DNA of 52,728 bases. Source: a virus (taxonomy: Duplodnaviria; Caudoviricetes). The stretch is from positions 1 to 52,728 of IMG/VR virus record IMGVR_UViG_3300024520_000099; one strand, given 5' to 3'. Below, in pieces: positions 1-8,664 of the stretch (positions are counted from its first letter, which is position 1; every line of letters begins with the position of its first letter). The notes beneath the pieces were generated by a model that was not told where the DNA came from, did no database searches, and was given only the letters and a program-made list of their open reading frames with translations. The position numbers were made by a program, and so were the translations under genes.

Positions 1-146
1 TGCATTGACGCGACGCGATATTCAGACGGGCGGACTTGTTGCGGTGGCAGCAGAGAGCGTCTGGTTGCCATCATCGCTGAGCGTATCACCAACGGCATCT
101 ACTAAAACCACCACCACCACCACCACTCACCACAAGGACCAAGACA

Positions 147-1010
147 ATGATCAGCCAAGAACGACGAGACGAGTTGACCGCCCGCGACGCCGCACACGCC
201 ACGCGATACCTGAACGGGATCGAAGGGAAGAGCGAGCAGGGGCCATGGTACGGTGACACCCCGGCCGCGAGACTGATGCAGTGTGGAGACTGCTTTGGCA
301 TGGGGCCCAAACTGGTAGCCGGCCACGCTGACCTGCTCGCCCACTTTGGACTCGACGCCAACGTGGACGCGATCATGACACAGGCACAGCGCCTCGACCA
401 ACGGTGGTCGCAGGACATCGACGCTCGCGTTCGCAAAATGAACCGCGGACGCGACGGTGGTCAAGACGACGAGCGGGGTGAACCCACTACCACCAAGCCG
501 ACCACCAAGAAGGCAGAGAAGCCGGCTCCGAAACCCAAGAAGGCGAAGGACGTGTTCGGGTCGCGTGAAGGCAGTGGGTCGTACAACCTCAACGCCAGTG
601 TGCTCGGTGGAGCTACCACAGCGGCCGAGATGGTGACCGCGAGCGGGGTGACACTGAGCCGATGCAAGGCACACGTGAAATGGCTACTCGACCGCGAGTT
701 CATTGTTGGCGACGCTGACGGGTTCGAGATCGCCGAAGGGTTCACACCCGCCGCTGACCGCCCCCGCAAGTCGCGGGTCGTGTACGCGATCTGGGACATC
801 AACTGCTGCTCGATCATACGTTGGGCAGGAGCCAACGGCATGGACTTCGACGACACCGCCATTGCGATTGAGACGTTGGGTTGCCGTGGGATGAGCGACG
901 CCACCATGAAGCTCCACCACAGCGCCGGTCGCAAGGGTGACACCCGTTGGGGCGAGCCCGCCACGCTGACGAGCAGCCAAAAGAAACAACTGCGAAACGC
1001 AGCCAAGTAG
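147..1010 (+). CDS. Hypothetical DNA-binding protein with K/P/A-rich linker and winged-helix-like domain
   Basis: SD AAGGA then ATG147; central segment DVFGSREG..NASVLGG..ASGVTLSRCKAHVKWL is similar to the domain in 9175..9765. Confidence 0.7.
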   Translation: MISQERRDELTARDAAHATRYLNGIEGKSEQGPWYGDTPAARLMQCGDCFGMGPKLVAGHADLLAHFGLDANVDAIMTQAQRLDQRWSQDIDARVRKMNRGRDGGQDDERGEPTTTKPTTKKAEKPAPKPKKAKDVFGSREGSGSYNLNASVLGGATTAAEMVTASGVTLSRCKAHVKWLLDREFIVGDADGFEIAEGFTPAADRPRKSRVVYAIWDINCCSIIRWAGANGMDFDDTAIAIETLGCRGMSDATMKLHHSAGRKGDTRWGEPATLTSSQKKQLRNAAK

Positions 1011-1017
1011 ACCCCAC

Positions 1018-1046
1018 TAGACGAGCCATGTTAGATCTGTTAGACT
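1018..1046 (+). promoter_or_regulatory. Sigma70-like promoter TAGACG-N17-TAGACT with TG extension
   Basis: Intergenic, exact 17-nt spacer, TGn before the -10, upstream of SD CAGGAG and ATG1067. Confidence 0.45.
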
Positions 1047-1066
1047 CGCGTCACAGGAGAAGAACT

Positions 1067-1252
1067 ATGTTCCCACAACCAGTGAACACCCCGAAACCAG
1101 CCGTGACCATCGAGTACGACTGTCGGGGTGAACGAACCACCAAGACGTTCAAGTGTGCTTACGCCGGGCGCCGCTTCTACACGTCAAAGTTCAAGTCCGG
1201 CCACAACCCTCACATCGTGGCGACACCGTCACAGGAGACCACCACAGGATGA
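1067..1252 (+). CDS. Small hypothetical protein
   Basis: AGGAG SD then ATG1067 (in frame with track ORF 947); ATGA overlap with next gene. Confidence 0.6.
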   Translation: MFPQPVNTPKPAVTIEYDCRGERTTKTFKCAYAGRRFYTSKFKSGHNPHIVATPSQETTTG

Positions 1253-1818
1253 CAACCGCAACACCACTTCAACGCGACGCAATGACCGAGACCTACCACG
1301 ACGTGCACGACCTGATCTGCCATACGGTGCATGGCTTCATTCGCAAGAACGGCAGGCAGTGGGGCACCTTCGATGAACTGTTCGCTCAGGCGAATTGGGA
1401 ATTCATGGTGGCCTTCCGAGACTACCAACGACCCGACGGGAACCGCGACGGCGACTCGAGCTTCTCAACGTGGTGCCGTTGGGTGGTGTCCAAGGGCCTG
1501 CTCGAACACCAACGGAACATCATCCGCCGCGATCGCATGTGCCGCATTACGGTGCGCGACACGACCGAGATGGAGATCCCCGCGGACGTGAGCGAGTTCA
1601 GGCTCATCGACCTACTGGACGAACTCACGGACGACGCCGCTCTGGTGGCTAAGCTGACCCTCAACCCGCCCAAGGTCCTCACACAGTGTATCGCAGAGGC
1701 GAAGGGCAGCGCCGCCCGTAATGTCCAAGCAGTTCTCCGACAATACCTCTACGGGCTCGACTGGGAACCCGACCGTGTCAACGCGGCGTTCGCGGAGATC
1801 GCCGACCACATTTCATAG
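1249..1818 (+). CDS. Sigma-70 region 2-like transcription factor
   Basis: DELFAQANWEFMVAFRDY..SSFSTWCRWVVSKGLLEHQR resembles sigma region 2.2-2.4; start reassigned to ATG1249. Confidence 0.65.
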   Translation: MTTATPLQRDAMTETYHDVHDLICHTVHGFIRKNGRQWGTFDELFAQANWEFMVAFRDYQRPDGNRDGDSSFSTWCRWVVSKGLLEHQRNIIRRDRMCRITVRDTTEMEIPADVSEFRLIDLLDELTDDAALVAKLTLNPPKVLTQCIAEAKGSAARNVQAVLRQYLYGLDWEPDRVNAAFAEIADHIS

Positions 1819-1830
1819 GAGACCGAGACC

Positions 1831-2307
1831 ATGAGACGCCATGCCCTACTCGTCGCAATCGTGTTCGGCACACTGTTCGCAATACTGACCGCCGTGATGG
1901 TTGTGGGTACTGCGAGCGGGGCACCACCAGCAGTGACCCGATCAGTGTGGTCGGGTTGCTTCTGTACGGTCTACATTCGGGACGCGAGAACGGGCGTCGT
2001 ACGCAAGTTCGAGCGACGCGAGGTACGAGCCACAACCACCGCCGATCGACCCGGAACGGGGCGTTGGGGGGCTTGGGTGGAGCAGAAACCACAGGACCCC
2101 AAAGCCCGGAGCTGGCAGCTGATTGAGATCCCTGTGACACAGGGGGAAGTCAGGGCAGCGATGGGTGCCTACGTGTTTGACCACTTGGCAACCAAGACGC
2201 GGGCACTGGTCTCCAAGACCTACGAACTGAGCGATTCGGGCTATTCGATCTCGGGAGTGCCCGGAGTCATACCACCACCCACACGCCGCCAACCGTTATT
2301 GGATTGA
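1831..2307 (+). CDS. Hypothetical protein with N-terminal signal or TM helix
   Basis: GGAG SD; hydrophobic N-terminus ALLVAIVFGTLFAILTAVMVV. Confidence 0.6.
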   Translation: MRRHALLVAIVFGTLFAILTAVMVVGTASGAPPAVTRSVWSGCFCTVYIRDARTGVVRKFERREVRATTTADRPGTGRWGAWVEQKPQDPKARSWQLIEIPVTQGEVRAAMGAYVFDHLATKTRALVSKTYELSDSGYSISGVPGVIPPPTRRQPLLD

Positions 2308-2308
2308 T

Positions 2309-3691
2309 ATGAAGACACGATTGTATGGATACCAGAAGCAGGGCGTACGCCGCATGGAACGGTTCGACATCCGTGCCCTTCTCGCCGATGAGATGGGGCT
2401 CGGTAAGACCCTCGAGTTCCTGGCAACGTACCGACGCAACCACAAGACCTGCTCGCCGGCCGTGGTGGTGTGCCCTGCAAGCCTGAAATGGAATTGGGCC
2501 CGCGAAGCGATGATGCACATCGGGGTCAGGGCGGAGATCGCAGAGGGGAGAACACCACCACGACAGGGCCGGTTCAAGCCCGACCACAGGCTGGTGATTA
2601 TCAACTACGAGATACTCCCCTACTGGATGGACTGGCTCGAAGACCTCGACCCACAGCTCATTGGGATTGACGAGTGTCAGTACATCAAGAACCGAGACAC
2701 CCAACGAACCAAGGCCGTGAAGCACCTGTGTCGCGGGAGACCTCACATCGTTGGCATGTCGGGTACGCCGCTCACCAGTAGACCCGCGGAACTCTACCCG
2801 ATGTTGAACATCCTGATGCCGGACATGTTCAACTCGTTCATGACATACGCATGGGACTACTGCAAACCAAGACGCACGCCGTGGGGCTGGGAGTACAAAG
2901 GCGCGACGAACCTAGACGAGCTTCACGAACTGCTCACCGAGACGTGCATGATCCGCCGGCGAAAGGCTGATGTCCTGGACCAGTTGCCAGACAAGACGCG
3001 GATCGTGGTGCCATTCGAGCTCTCGAAGGACGGTCGCAAAGAATACGACTACGCTGAGAACAACTTCATGCGGTGGCTCGCCAAGTCGCAAGGCAAGGCG
3101 CGTGCTGCGTCCGCTCGCAAGGCAGCACAACTGGTGAAGATGGGATACTTGAAACGGCTCGCTGCTTCGTTGAAGTACGACCAGACAACGACATGGGTTG
3201 ATGACTTCTTTGACAACAGTGATGGCAAGCTCGTCCTGTTCGGTGTTCACAAGAAAATCATTCAACCGTTGGTCGAGAGGTACAAGAGTTCGTGCGTACT
3301 GGTTGATGGCTCGGTGAGCGGACGGAAGCGGCAGGTCGCGGTGGACAAGTTCCAAGGCAAGGACAAGATACGGTTGTTCGTTGGGAACCTGCAAGCGGCT
3401 GGCGTTGGTCTCACACTCACCGCCGCTCACAATGCCGCGTTCTGTGAACTAGGGTGGACGCCCGGCGAACACACTCAAGGCGAAGACCGCATCCACCGCA
3501 TCGGACAAGAGAATGCAGCGTCGTGCTACTACCTCGTGGCACGGAACACGATCGAAGAGGACCTGTGCCTAGTCTTGCAAGAGAAGCAAGCCGTACTCGA
3601 AGCCACTCTCGACGGGGCTGGTAGTGGTGACGACCTAGACATCTTTGACCAGCTCACCGAGCGGATCAAGCAACGGAGGGAAGCAGCATGA
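2309..3691 (+). CDS. SNF2-family (HARP/SMARCAL1-like) helicase
   Basis: LADEMGLGKT, CPASLK, IDECQ, MSGTP, AAGVGLTL, QGEDRIHRIGQ motifs. Confidence 0.93.
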   Translation: MKTRLYGYQKQGVRRMERFDIRALLADEMGLGKTLEFLATYRRNHKTCSPAVVVCPASLKWNWAREAMMHIGVRAEIAEGRTPPRQGRFKPDHRLVIINYEILPYWMDWLEDLDPQLIGIDECQYIKNRDTQRTKAVKHLCRGRPHIVGMSGTPLTSRPAELYPMLNILMPDMFNSFMTYAWDYCKPRRTPWGWEYKGATNLDELHELLTETCMIRRRKADVLDQLPDKTRIVVPFELSKDGRKEYDYAENNFMRWLAKSQGKARAASARKAAQLVKMGYLKRLAASLKYDQTTTWVDDFFDNSDGKLVLFGVHKKIIQPLVERYKSSCVLVDGSVSGRKRQVAVDKFQGKDKIRLFVGNLQAAGVGLTLTAAHNAAFCELGWTPGEHTQGEDRIHRIGQENAASCYYLVARNTIEEDLCLVLQEKQAVLEATLDGAGSGDDLDIFDQLTERIKQRREAA

Positions 3692-3918
3692 CCACCGAAG
3701 ACAACTACCTGACCAGGCCGGCTGGACACCCCGATGGTTCGATCAACGATCTACCGCCAGTGGACGACAGTCCCATCACGACATTGTTCTTACGGTCCGT
3801 CCCCAAGGAAGTGAAGAGACAATTCAAATCGTGGTGTGCAGACAACGACATCACCATGACGGACAAGCTCGTTCAAATGATGAAGGCGACCTATGCGGTT
3901 CGAGGAAATACTACGTGA
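3688..3918 (+). CDS. Ribbon-helix-helix DNA-binding protein
   Basis: TLFLRSVPKEVKRQFKSWCADNDITMTDKLVQMM has the strand-helix-helix pattern; ATGA overlap. Confidence 0.65.
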   Translation: MTTEDNYLTRPAGHPDGSINDLPPVDDSPITTLFLRSVPKEVKRQFKSWCADNDITMTDKLVQMMKATYAVRGNTT

Positions 3919-4756
3919 GCATCGAGTACCCATTGCACCTGAGGGGCACGAACATACGCGACCGGGCTGGTTGCAATTCGACTGCCCCTTCTGTGACCGA
4001 GCGGGTCACTACCGTATGGGATACAACCTGCAGCTCAAGTACGTCAATTGCTGGCAGTGTGGTCAACACAGTCTCGCGGAGACACTGGTCCATCGCTGCG
4101 ACATGGGCTGGTCTGAAGCTAAGAAGGCGATCGGGAAACTCGAACGCGGACCAGTGGTGGAGAAGGCGAAGCGGGGCACACTCAAACTCCCACATCCGCT
4201 CGACGACCTCGGACCCGCCCATCGCAAGTATCTGAAGCGACGTGGTTTCGATCCCGACGAACTGTCTCGGTTGTGGGGACTGAAGGCAACGGGACCACTG
4301 GCGGGGATACCCTGGCGCATCGTAGTGCCCATCGTGTACCACGGCGAGACGGTGAGCTGGACCTCACGCAAACTGAACGACAAGGGTCTTCGGTGGCGAT
4401 CTGCTGCAGCTGACCAAGAAGCTCTCAACCACAAGGAGTTGCTGTATGGGATCGACTACGTCAGGCACGCCGCCATTGTCAACGAAGGACCCTCCGACGT
4501 ATGGGCCGTCGGTCCTGGAGCGGTTGCTACCTGTGGTACGGGATTTAGCCAAGCTCAGGTCAATCGCCTCTCACGCCTTCCGGTCAGGATCGTGTGCTTC
4601 GATAGTTCTCACGAAGCCCAAGTGCGAGCCCAGCAGTTGTGCGACGCCCTCGAATGCTTCCCGGGACAGACGATGAACGTGATACTGGACGCAGAAGATC
4701 CGGGGTCGGCCGGTGCTACCGAACTCAAGGCGCTGAGACGCCTTCTAAAGGGCTGA
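3893..4756 (+). CDS. DNA primase (Zn-binding plus TOPRIM)
   Basis: CPFC..CWQC zinc ribbon; YLKRRG; VNEGPSD; CFD; DPG TOPRIM motifs. Confidence 0.88.
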   Translation: MRFEEILREHRVPIAPEGHEHTRPGWLQFDCPFCDRAGHYRMGYNLQLKYVNCWQCGQHSLAETLVHRCDMGWSEAKKAIGKLERGPVVEKAKRGTLKLPHPLDDLGPAHRKYLKRRGFDPDELSRLWGLKATGPLAGIPWRIVVPIVYHGETVSWTSRKLNDKGLRWRSAAADQEALNHKELLYGIDYVRHAAIVNEGPSDVWAVGPGAVATCGTGFSQAQVNRLSRLPVRIVCFDSSHEAQVRAQQLCDALECFPGQTMNVILDAEDPGSAGATELKALRRLLKG

Positions 4757-4825
4757 ACCACTATGGGACACACAACCACAACCCCACAACCCACAGGACA
4801 CGCTGAAGGGCGTTTCAGGGCTGTG

Positions 4826-4838
4826 GTCCCGACAATAG
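4826..4838 (+). promoter_or_regulatory. Recurrent intergenic motif GTCCCGACAATAG (copy of GTYCCGAYARTA)
   Basis: Matches copies at 8604, 9077, 11158, 13009, 22263, 22819; lies just upstream of SD and ATG4855. Confidence 0.55.
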
Positions 4839-4854
4839 CTGAACGGAGGTTCGT

Positions 4855-5976
4855 ATGGAAACAAACAAGAAACGGTTCAAAGGGACATGGCTCCCGGCCG
4901 TGGTTCACCAGTATTTTGAGGACGGCAAGATCACCGCAATCGAGATGGTCTTGTTGTCCACCGTTGATGCCCTGTCGGATGAGGACGAGGGCTGCTACGC
5001 CAGCAATGAATGGCTTGCGGAGAAGCTACGAATGAAACCGAACAGCGTAGGCGACATGGTCTCGCGGCTCGTCAAAGTGGGTATGCTCCACAGGGAAGTC
5101 AAACGGGGACAACGTGGATCACGTCGGTGGCTACGAGTATGGTATGACCCCACTCCGGTTGAAACAGGAGTGCGCACTCCGGTGGCAGCAGGAGTGCTAC
5201 CCCTTCCTACGGAAGGGGATAATAGAACACAGGATGAGATGGTTTTGATTGGAGATGACATGAAGGGTTTCTTCGAACAGTTCGATCACCAAGAAAGCGA
5301 CTACGACCATCTCGCTCAGGCACTACACGACCAACTCAAATCACATGGACTACTGCCCAAGAAGTGGTCACTCCAGCGATGGGCGAACGACATCGGTATC
5401 GCGTTTCGCAGACACGACAATGCCCAAGAAGTGTTCACCCACTTGCTCGGTCACATCACCCATGAACGAATGCCAACGGTCAGGTCGGGGAAGAGCTTCA
5501 AAGAGAAGTTCGAGAACATCGAGCGGAACATGACCATCCTGCAGGCGGGCAACTGGTTCGCCATCCCCATCTCAGAACAAACGACCTCGCGACTCGAACG
5601 CCTACGGATGAAGCGATGGGAACATGGTAGCGACGACCATCTCGCTGCCGCTGTGGAGTTGAGCGAACAGGCGTACGGCCGGCTCCGAGTATCCATTGTC
5701 ACCTTCCACCAACGTTCACCAGCCAAGCTGAAGCGGCACAAGTACCGCGAGACATTGATGAACCAGATGGAGAACCTGCTGCTGCGATTGCCGCAACTGC
5801 TGGTGTCAAACTACTTCGATGCACTGCACAGCCGGCTCCACAACTGGGACGACTGGAGTGGGGACCTCAAGCCGTGGATACTGACCGGGGACAAACTCAT
5901 TGACGAGCTGAGACGGGTTCTCCCCATCTCCGACCAGCTCTGGGACATACTCGAAGGAGAGCTTGATGCGGATTGA
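4855..5976 (+). CDS. Replication initiator-like protein with N-terminal HTH
   Basis: GCYASNEWLAEKLRMKPNSVGDMVSRLVKVGML is typical of phage replication-protein HTH; sits between primase and helicase. Confidence 0.75.
   Translation: METNKKRFKGTWLPAVVHQYFEDGKITAIEMVLLSTVDALSDEDEGCYASNEWLAEKLRMKPNSVGDMVSRLVKVGMLHREVKRGQRGSRRWLRVWYDPTPVETGVRTPVAAGVLPLPTEGDNRTQDEMVLIGDDMKGFFEQFDHQESDYDHLAQALHDQLKSHGLLPKKWSLQRWANDIGIAFRRHDNAQEVFTHLLGHITHERMPTVRSGKSFKEKFENIERNMTILQAGNWFAIPISEQTTSRLERLRMKRWEHGSDDHLAAAVELSEQAYGRLRVSIVTFHQRSPAKLKRHKYRETLMNQMENLLLRLPQLLVSNYFDALHSRLHNWDDWSGDLKPWILTGDKLIDELRRVLPISDQLWDILEGELDAD
5151..5198. repeat. Two tandem 24-bp palindromic units CACTCCGGT-N5-CAGGAGTGC, candidate iterons/origin
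   Basis: cactccggttgaaacaggagtgcg and cactccggtggcagcaggagtgct, inside the initiator gene just after the HTH. Confidence 0.55.
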
Positions 5977-7357
5977 GAAACGTGACGGAGCACTAGCCCG
6001 TCGCATACTGACCGGCATGATCGTAGACAAGGTCGTGCTGGGTCACGTCGCGGCAGTGTGGGACAAGGAACTGTTCAAGTCCAAGTGGTGCAACCTCGTA
6101 GCCGGCTGGTGCGTGTCGTACTTTGAGAGGTACAACAAGCCACCCGGATCAGCCATCGAGAGCCGGTTCGAGAGCTGGGCCAGCAAGGGGCGTGACAAGG
6201 ACACGGTGAAACTGGTCGAGAAGTTCCTGGCTACGCTGAGCGAGGAGTACGAACACCACGCTGCCGAGATCAACGCTGCCTATCTGGTTGACCAAGCAGC
6301 AGAGCATTTCAACGAGGTCCGTGCCAAGCGGCTCGTTGATGAGATAACCGACGACCTCGAAACAGGGGAAGGCGTCAAGGCACTCGAACGCATTTCCAAG
6401 TTCGGTCACGTGGAAGTGGGTACGACCCACGGCGTCGACGTACTCAACGACCAAGGCGCGAGCCAAGAGGCCTTCGAGCAACAGAACGAAACGCTCATCA
6501 AGTACCCGCAAGCTCTCCAGCACTTCTTCGCCGACGCGTTCCAACGTGATTCGTTCGTGGCGTTCATGGGTCCCGAGAAGCGAGGCAAGACGTGGTGGTT
6601 GATCGACGTTGCATGGCGAGCGATGAAGCAGCGTCGCAAGGTCGCGTTCTTTTCAGTGGGTGACATGAGCCAGCACCAGATGATGCGACGCTTCCATGCG
6701 AGGGCTGCACGACGACCTCTGCGAGCGAAGACAGTGAAGGTGCCAACTGGTATCGAACACGACCCCGGCACACCGATTGCACTGGTCGATCGAGAAGACA
6801 AGGTATTCGACAAGCCGATGTCGTGGCGCATGGGATACAAGGCACTGCAACACCACGCGAAGAGCACCAAGACCAAGTCGACGTTGCTTCGCATGGCCTG
6901 CTACCCGAACAGTTCGATAAGTGTGACCGGTCTCGCCAGTGTGTTGACCGTCTGGGAGAACGCCGGGTGGATACCAGACATCATCGTTATCGACTACGCG
7001 GACATCCTCGCGAACCCGCCTGGCTTCAACGAGAGTCGCGACGCTACGAACGCCACGTGGAAGCACCTGCGACGGTTGTCTCAAGAGCGACACTGTTGCG
7101 TTGTCACCGCGACCCAAGCAGACGCCGCATCGTACCGAGCAGAGACCATCGACGCATCGAACTTCAGCGAGGACAAACGGAAGCTTGCCCACGTCACTGG
7201 CATGGTAGGCATCAACAGTACGCCCGACGAGAAAGAGGTCGGGTTGCAACGGTTGAATTGGGTGGTGCTCCGCGAGAGCGAGTTCAACGTCTCCAAGTGT
7301 GTTCACGTCGCTGGTTGCTTCGATATTGGCAACCCAGCAGTCAAATCCACGTTCTAG
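5966..7357 (+). CDS. dnaB: DnaB-like replicative helicase
   Basis: Walker A GPEKRGKT, FFSVGDM, Walker B VIDYAD, TATQAD, FSED. Confidence 0.85.
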   Translation: MRIEKRDGALARRILTGMIVDKVVLGHVAAVWDKELFKSKWCNLVAGWCVSYFERYNKPPGSAIESRFESWASKGRDKDTVKLVEKFLATLSEEYEHHAAEINAAYLVDQAAEHFNEVRAKRLVDEITDDLETGEGVKALERISKFGHVEVGTTHGVDVLNDQGASQEAFEQQNETLIKYPQALQHFFADAFQRDSFVAFMGPEKRGKTWWLIDVAWRAMKQRRKVAFFSVGDMSQHQMMRRFHARAARRPLRAKTVKVPTGIEHDPGTPIALVDREDKVFDKPMSWRMGYKALQHHAKSTKTKSTLLRMACYPNSSISVTGLASVLTVWENAGWIPDIIVIDYADILANPPGFNESRDATNATWKHLRRLSQERHCCVVTATQADAASYRAETIDASNFSEDKRKLAHVTGMVGINSTPDEKEVGLQRLNWVVLRESEFNVSKCVHVAGCFDIGNPAVKSTF

Positions 7358-7380
7358 CCAAAAAGAATTTGCAGGTCTTT

Positions 7381-7401
7381 GACCCTGGATTTTCCGGGGT
7401 C
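7381..7401 (+). terminator. Stem-loop after helicase
   Basis: GACCCTGG-ATTTT-CCGGGGTC; no strong U tract. Confidence 0.4.
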
Positions 7402-7447
7402 TCGTCGTCCCGGCCGTGGCAATTTGAATAAAATGGTTCAAGTGGTG

Positions 7448-7476
7448 TTGACCCCACAACCGATTCAAGCCATACT
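7448..7476 (+). promoter_or_regulatory. Sigma70-type early promoter TTGACC-N17-CATACT
   Basis: Exact 17-nt spacer; AT-rich UP-like tract aatttgaataaaat at 7421-7434. Confidence 0.65.
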
Positions 7477-7525
7477 CTGGATGTTGAGACAAACGAAACA
7501 CACACAACCCAACGGAGACCAAGCC

Positions 7526-8251
7526 ATGTTGAAACTTACCGCGACCACGACAGACACCACGATCGAAGCCCACAGCCGAGACGAACTACGCGACGCGATG
7601 CTCCAGTTCCTCAGCGAGAACAAGAGCGAGATCAACAAGATGAACAAAGCCCAACGGGTTGAGCGATGCAAGTTGATCCGCGATGACCTCAAGCGACAAG
7701 CCGGCGACCGCGAAGACCACTTGGAAACCCAACGCCAAGCCAAACTGGAAACCGAACGAAAGAACCCTGTGTACTGTGCCGCGATCAACGTGTTGCACGA
7801 AGGCGTTGAAAAGCGATACGAAGAACTGGTTGGCATGGTCAAAGAGTGGCAAGAGAAGGTAGCCAACAGCGACCCGTTGAGCGTAGTTTGGAACTGTGAG
7901 AGCGGGATCAAGAACATGATCTTTGCCAGCGAGTACGCCGGCAAAATTCAACACCTCGTACGGTACTTGGCCAAACAGTGTGACGAGCGAACCGACACCG
8001 TCCAACAGATCAAGAAGCACATCGCTGACAACGCCAACGAGCTTGCCAAGCAGTGCATGAACGACGAAGACTACAACCACAACAGCACCTGTGAAATGGA
8101 CAGCGTCAAGAGCCGTGAAAAGTTCCGAGCCCTACAACACGCAGCCCGCCTGTTGGGCCAAGTGGTTGACGCCTTCGACCGCGACACCGCCTGCGACAAC
8201 CCAGCCGACGCGATGCACGGCAAGTACATCCGAGACAGCCGCTGCTGGTAG
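7526..8251 (+). CDS. Hypothetical helical early protein
   Basis: GGAG SD then ATG7526 (in frame with track ORF 7379); follows the sigma70 promoter. Confidence 0.7.
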   Translation: MLKLTATTTDTTIEAHSRDELRDAMLQFLSENKSEINKMNKAQRVERCKLIRDDLKRQAGDREDHLETQRQAKLETERKNPVYCAAINVLHEGVEKRYEELVGMVKEWQEKVANSDPLSVVWNCESGIKNMIFASEYAGKIQHLVRYLAKQCDERTDTVQQIKKHIADNANELAKQCMNDEDYNHNSTCEMDSVKSREKFRALQHAARLLGQVVDAFDRDTACDNPADAMHGKYIRDSRCW

Positions 8252-8297
8252 ACCCGACCACAACCACCACCACCCACTCACAACGGAGACCAAGACG

Positions 8298-8597
8298 ATG
8301 ACCACCACCAGAACCAACGAACAACTGACCGCCGTACTGGACACCGCCCGCGAGTTGTACGCGGACCCACAGTTCACCCAAGACACGCACCAGCAGATGG
8401 GCTTCGAGCACGCGATCATGGGTCGCCCCGAACCCCGCAACTGGCAAGCCTACCTGTGGGCGGCAGCTTACAGCCACGCTCGCTACGAGCACAGCGACGA
8501 AGGCGGGCGAGCGATCGCCCAAGCGGAAGCCGACTCCGCATGGTTCGGGCACGACGGCTCGACCCCACAGGGCTACCGATTTGGATACGCCAACTGA
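8298..8597 (+). CDS. Hypothetical early protein
   Basis: GGAGACCAAGACGATG start at 8298. Confidence 0.65.
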   Translation: MTTTRTNEQLTAVLDTARELYADPQFTQDTHQQMGFEHAIMGRPEPRNWQAYLWAAAYSHARYEHSDEGGRAIAQAEADSAWFGHDGSTPQGYRFGYAN

Positions 8598-8603
8598 CCA
8601 CCC

Positions 8604-8623
8604 GTTCCGACAGTACCACTGAA
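8604..8623 (+). repeat. 20-bp direct repeat GTTCCGACAGTACCACTGAA, copy 1 (promoter-like motif)
   Basis: Identical to 9077-9096. Confidence 0.8.
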
Positions 8624-8664
8624 CCTGAACCACCACTACCACCACAACCACAAGGACCGAGACC

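Noticed and set aside
5-33. TTGACG as -35 of a promoter
   Set aside because: No -10 at 16-18 nt spacing; upstream context is cut off
105-133. ACC trinucleotide tract as microsatellite or phase-variation site
   Set aside because: Intergenic; similar C/A-rich tracts precede many SDs, consistent with unstructured leaders
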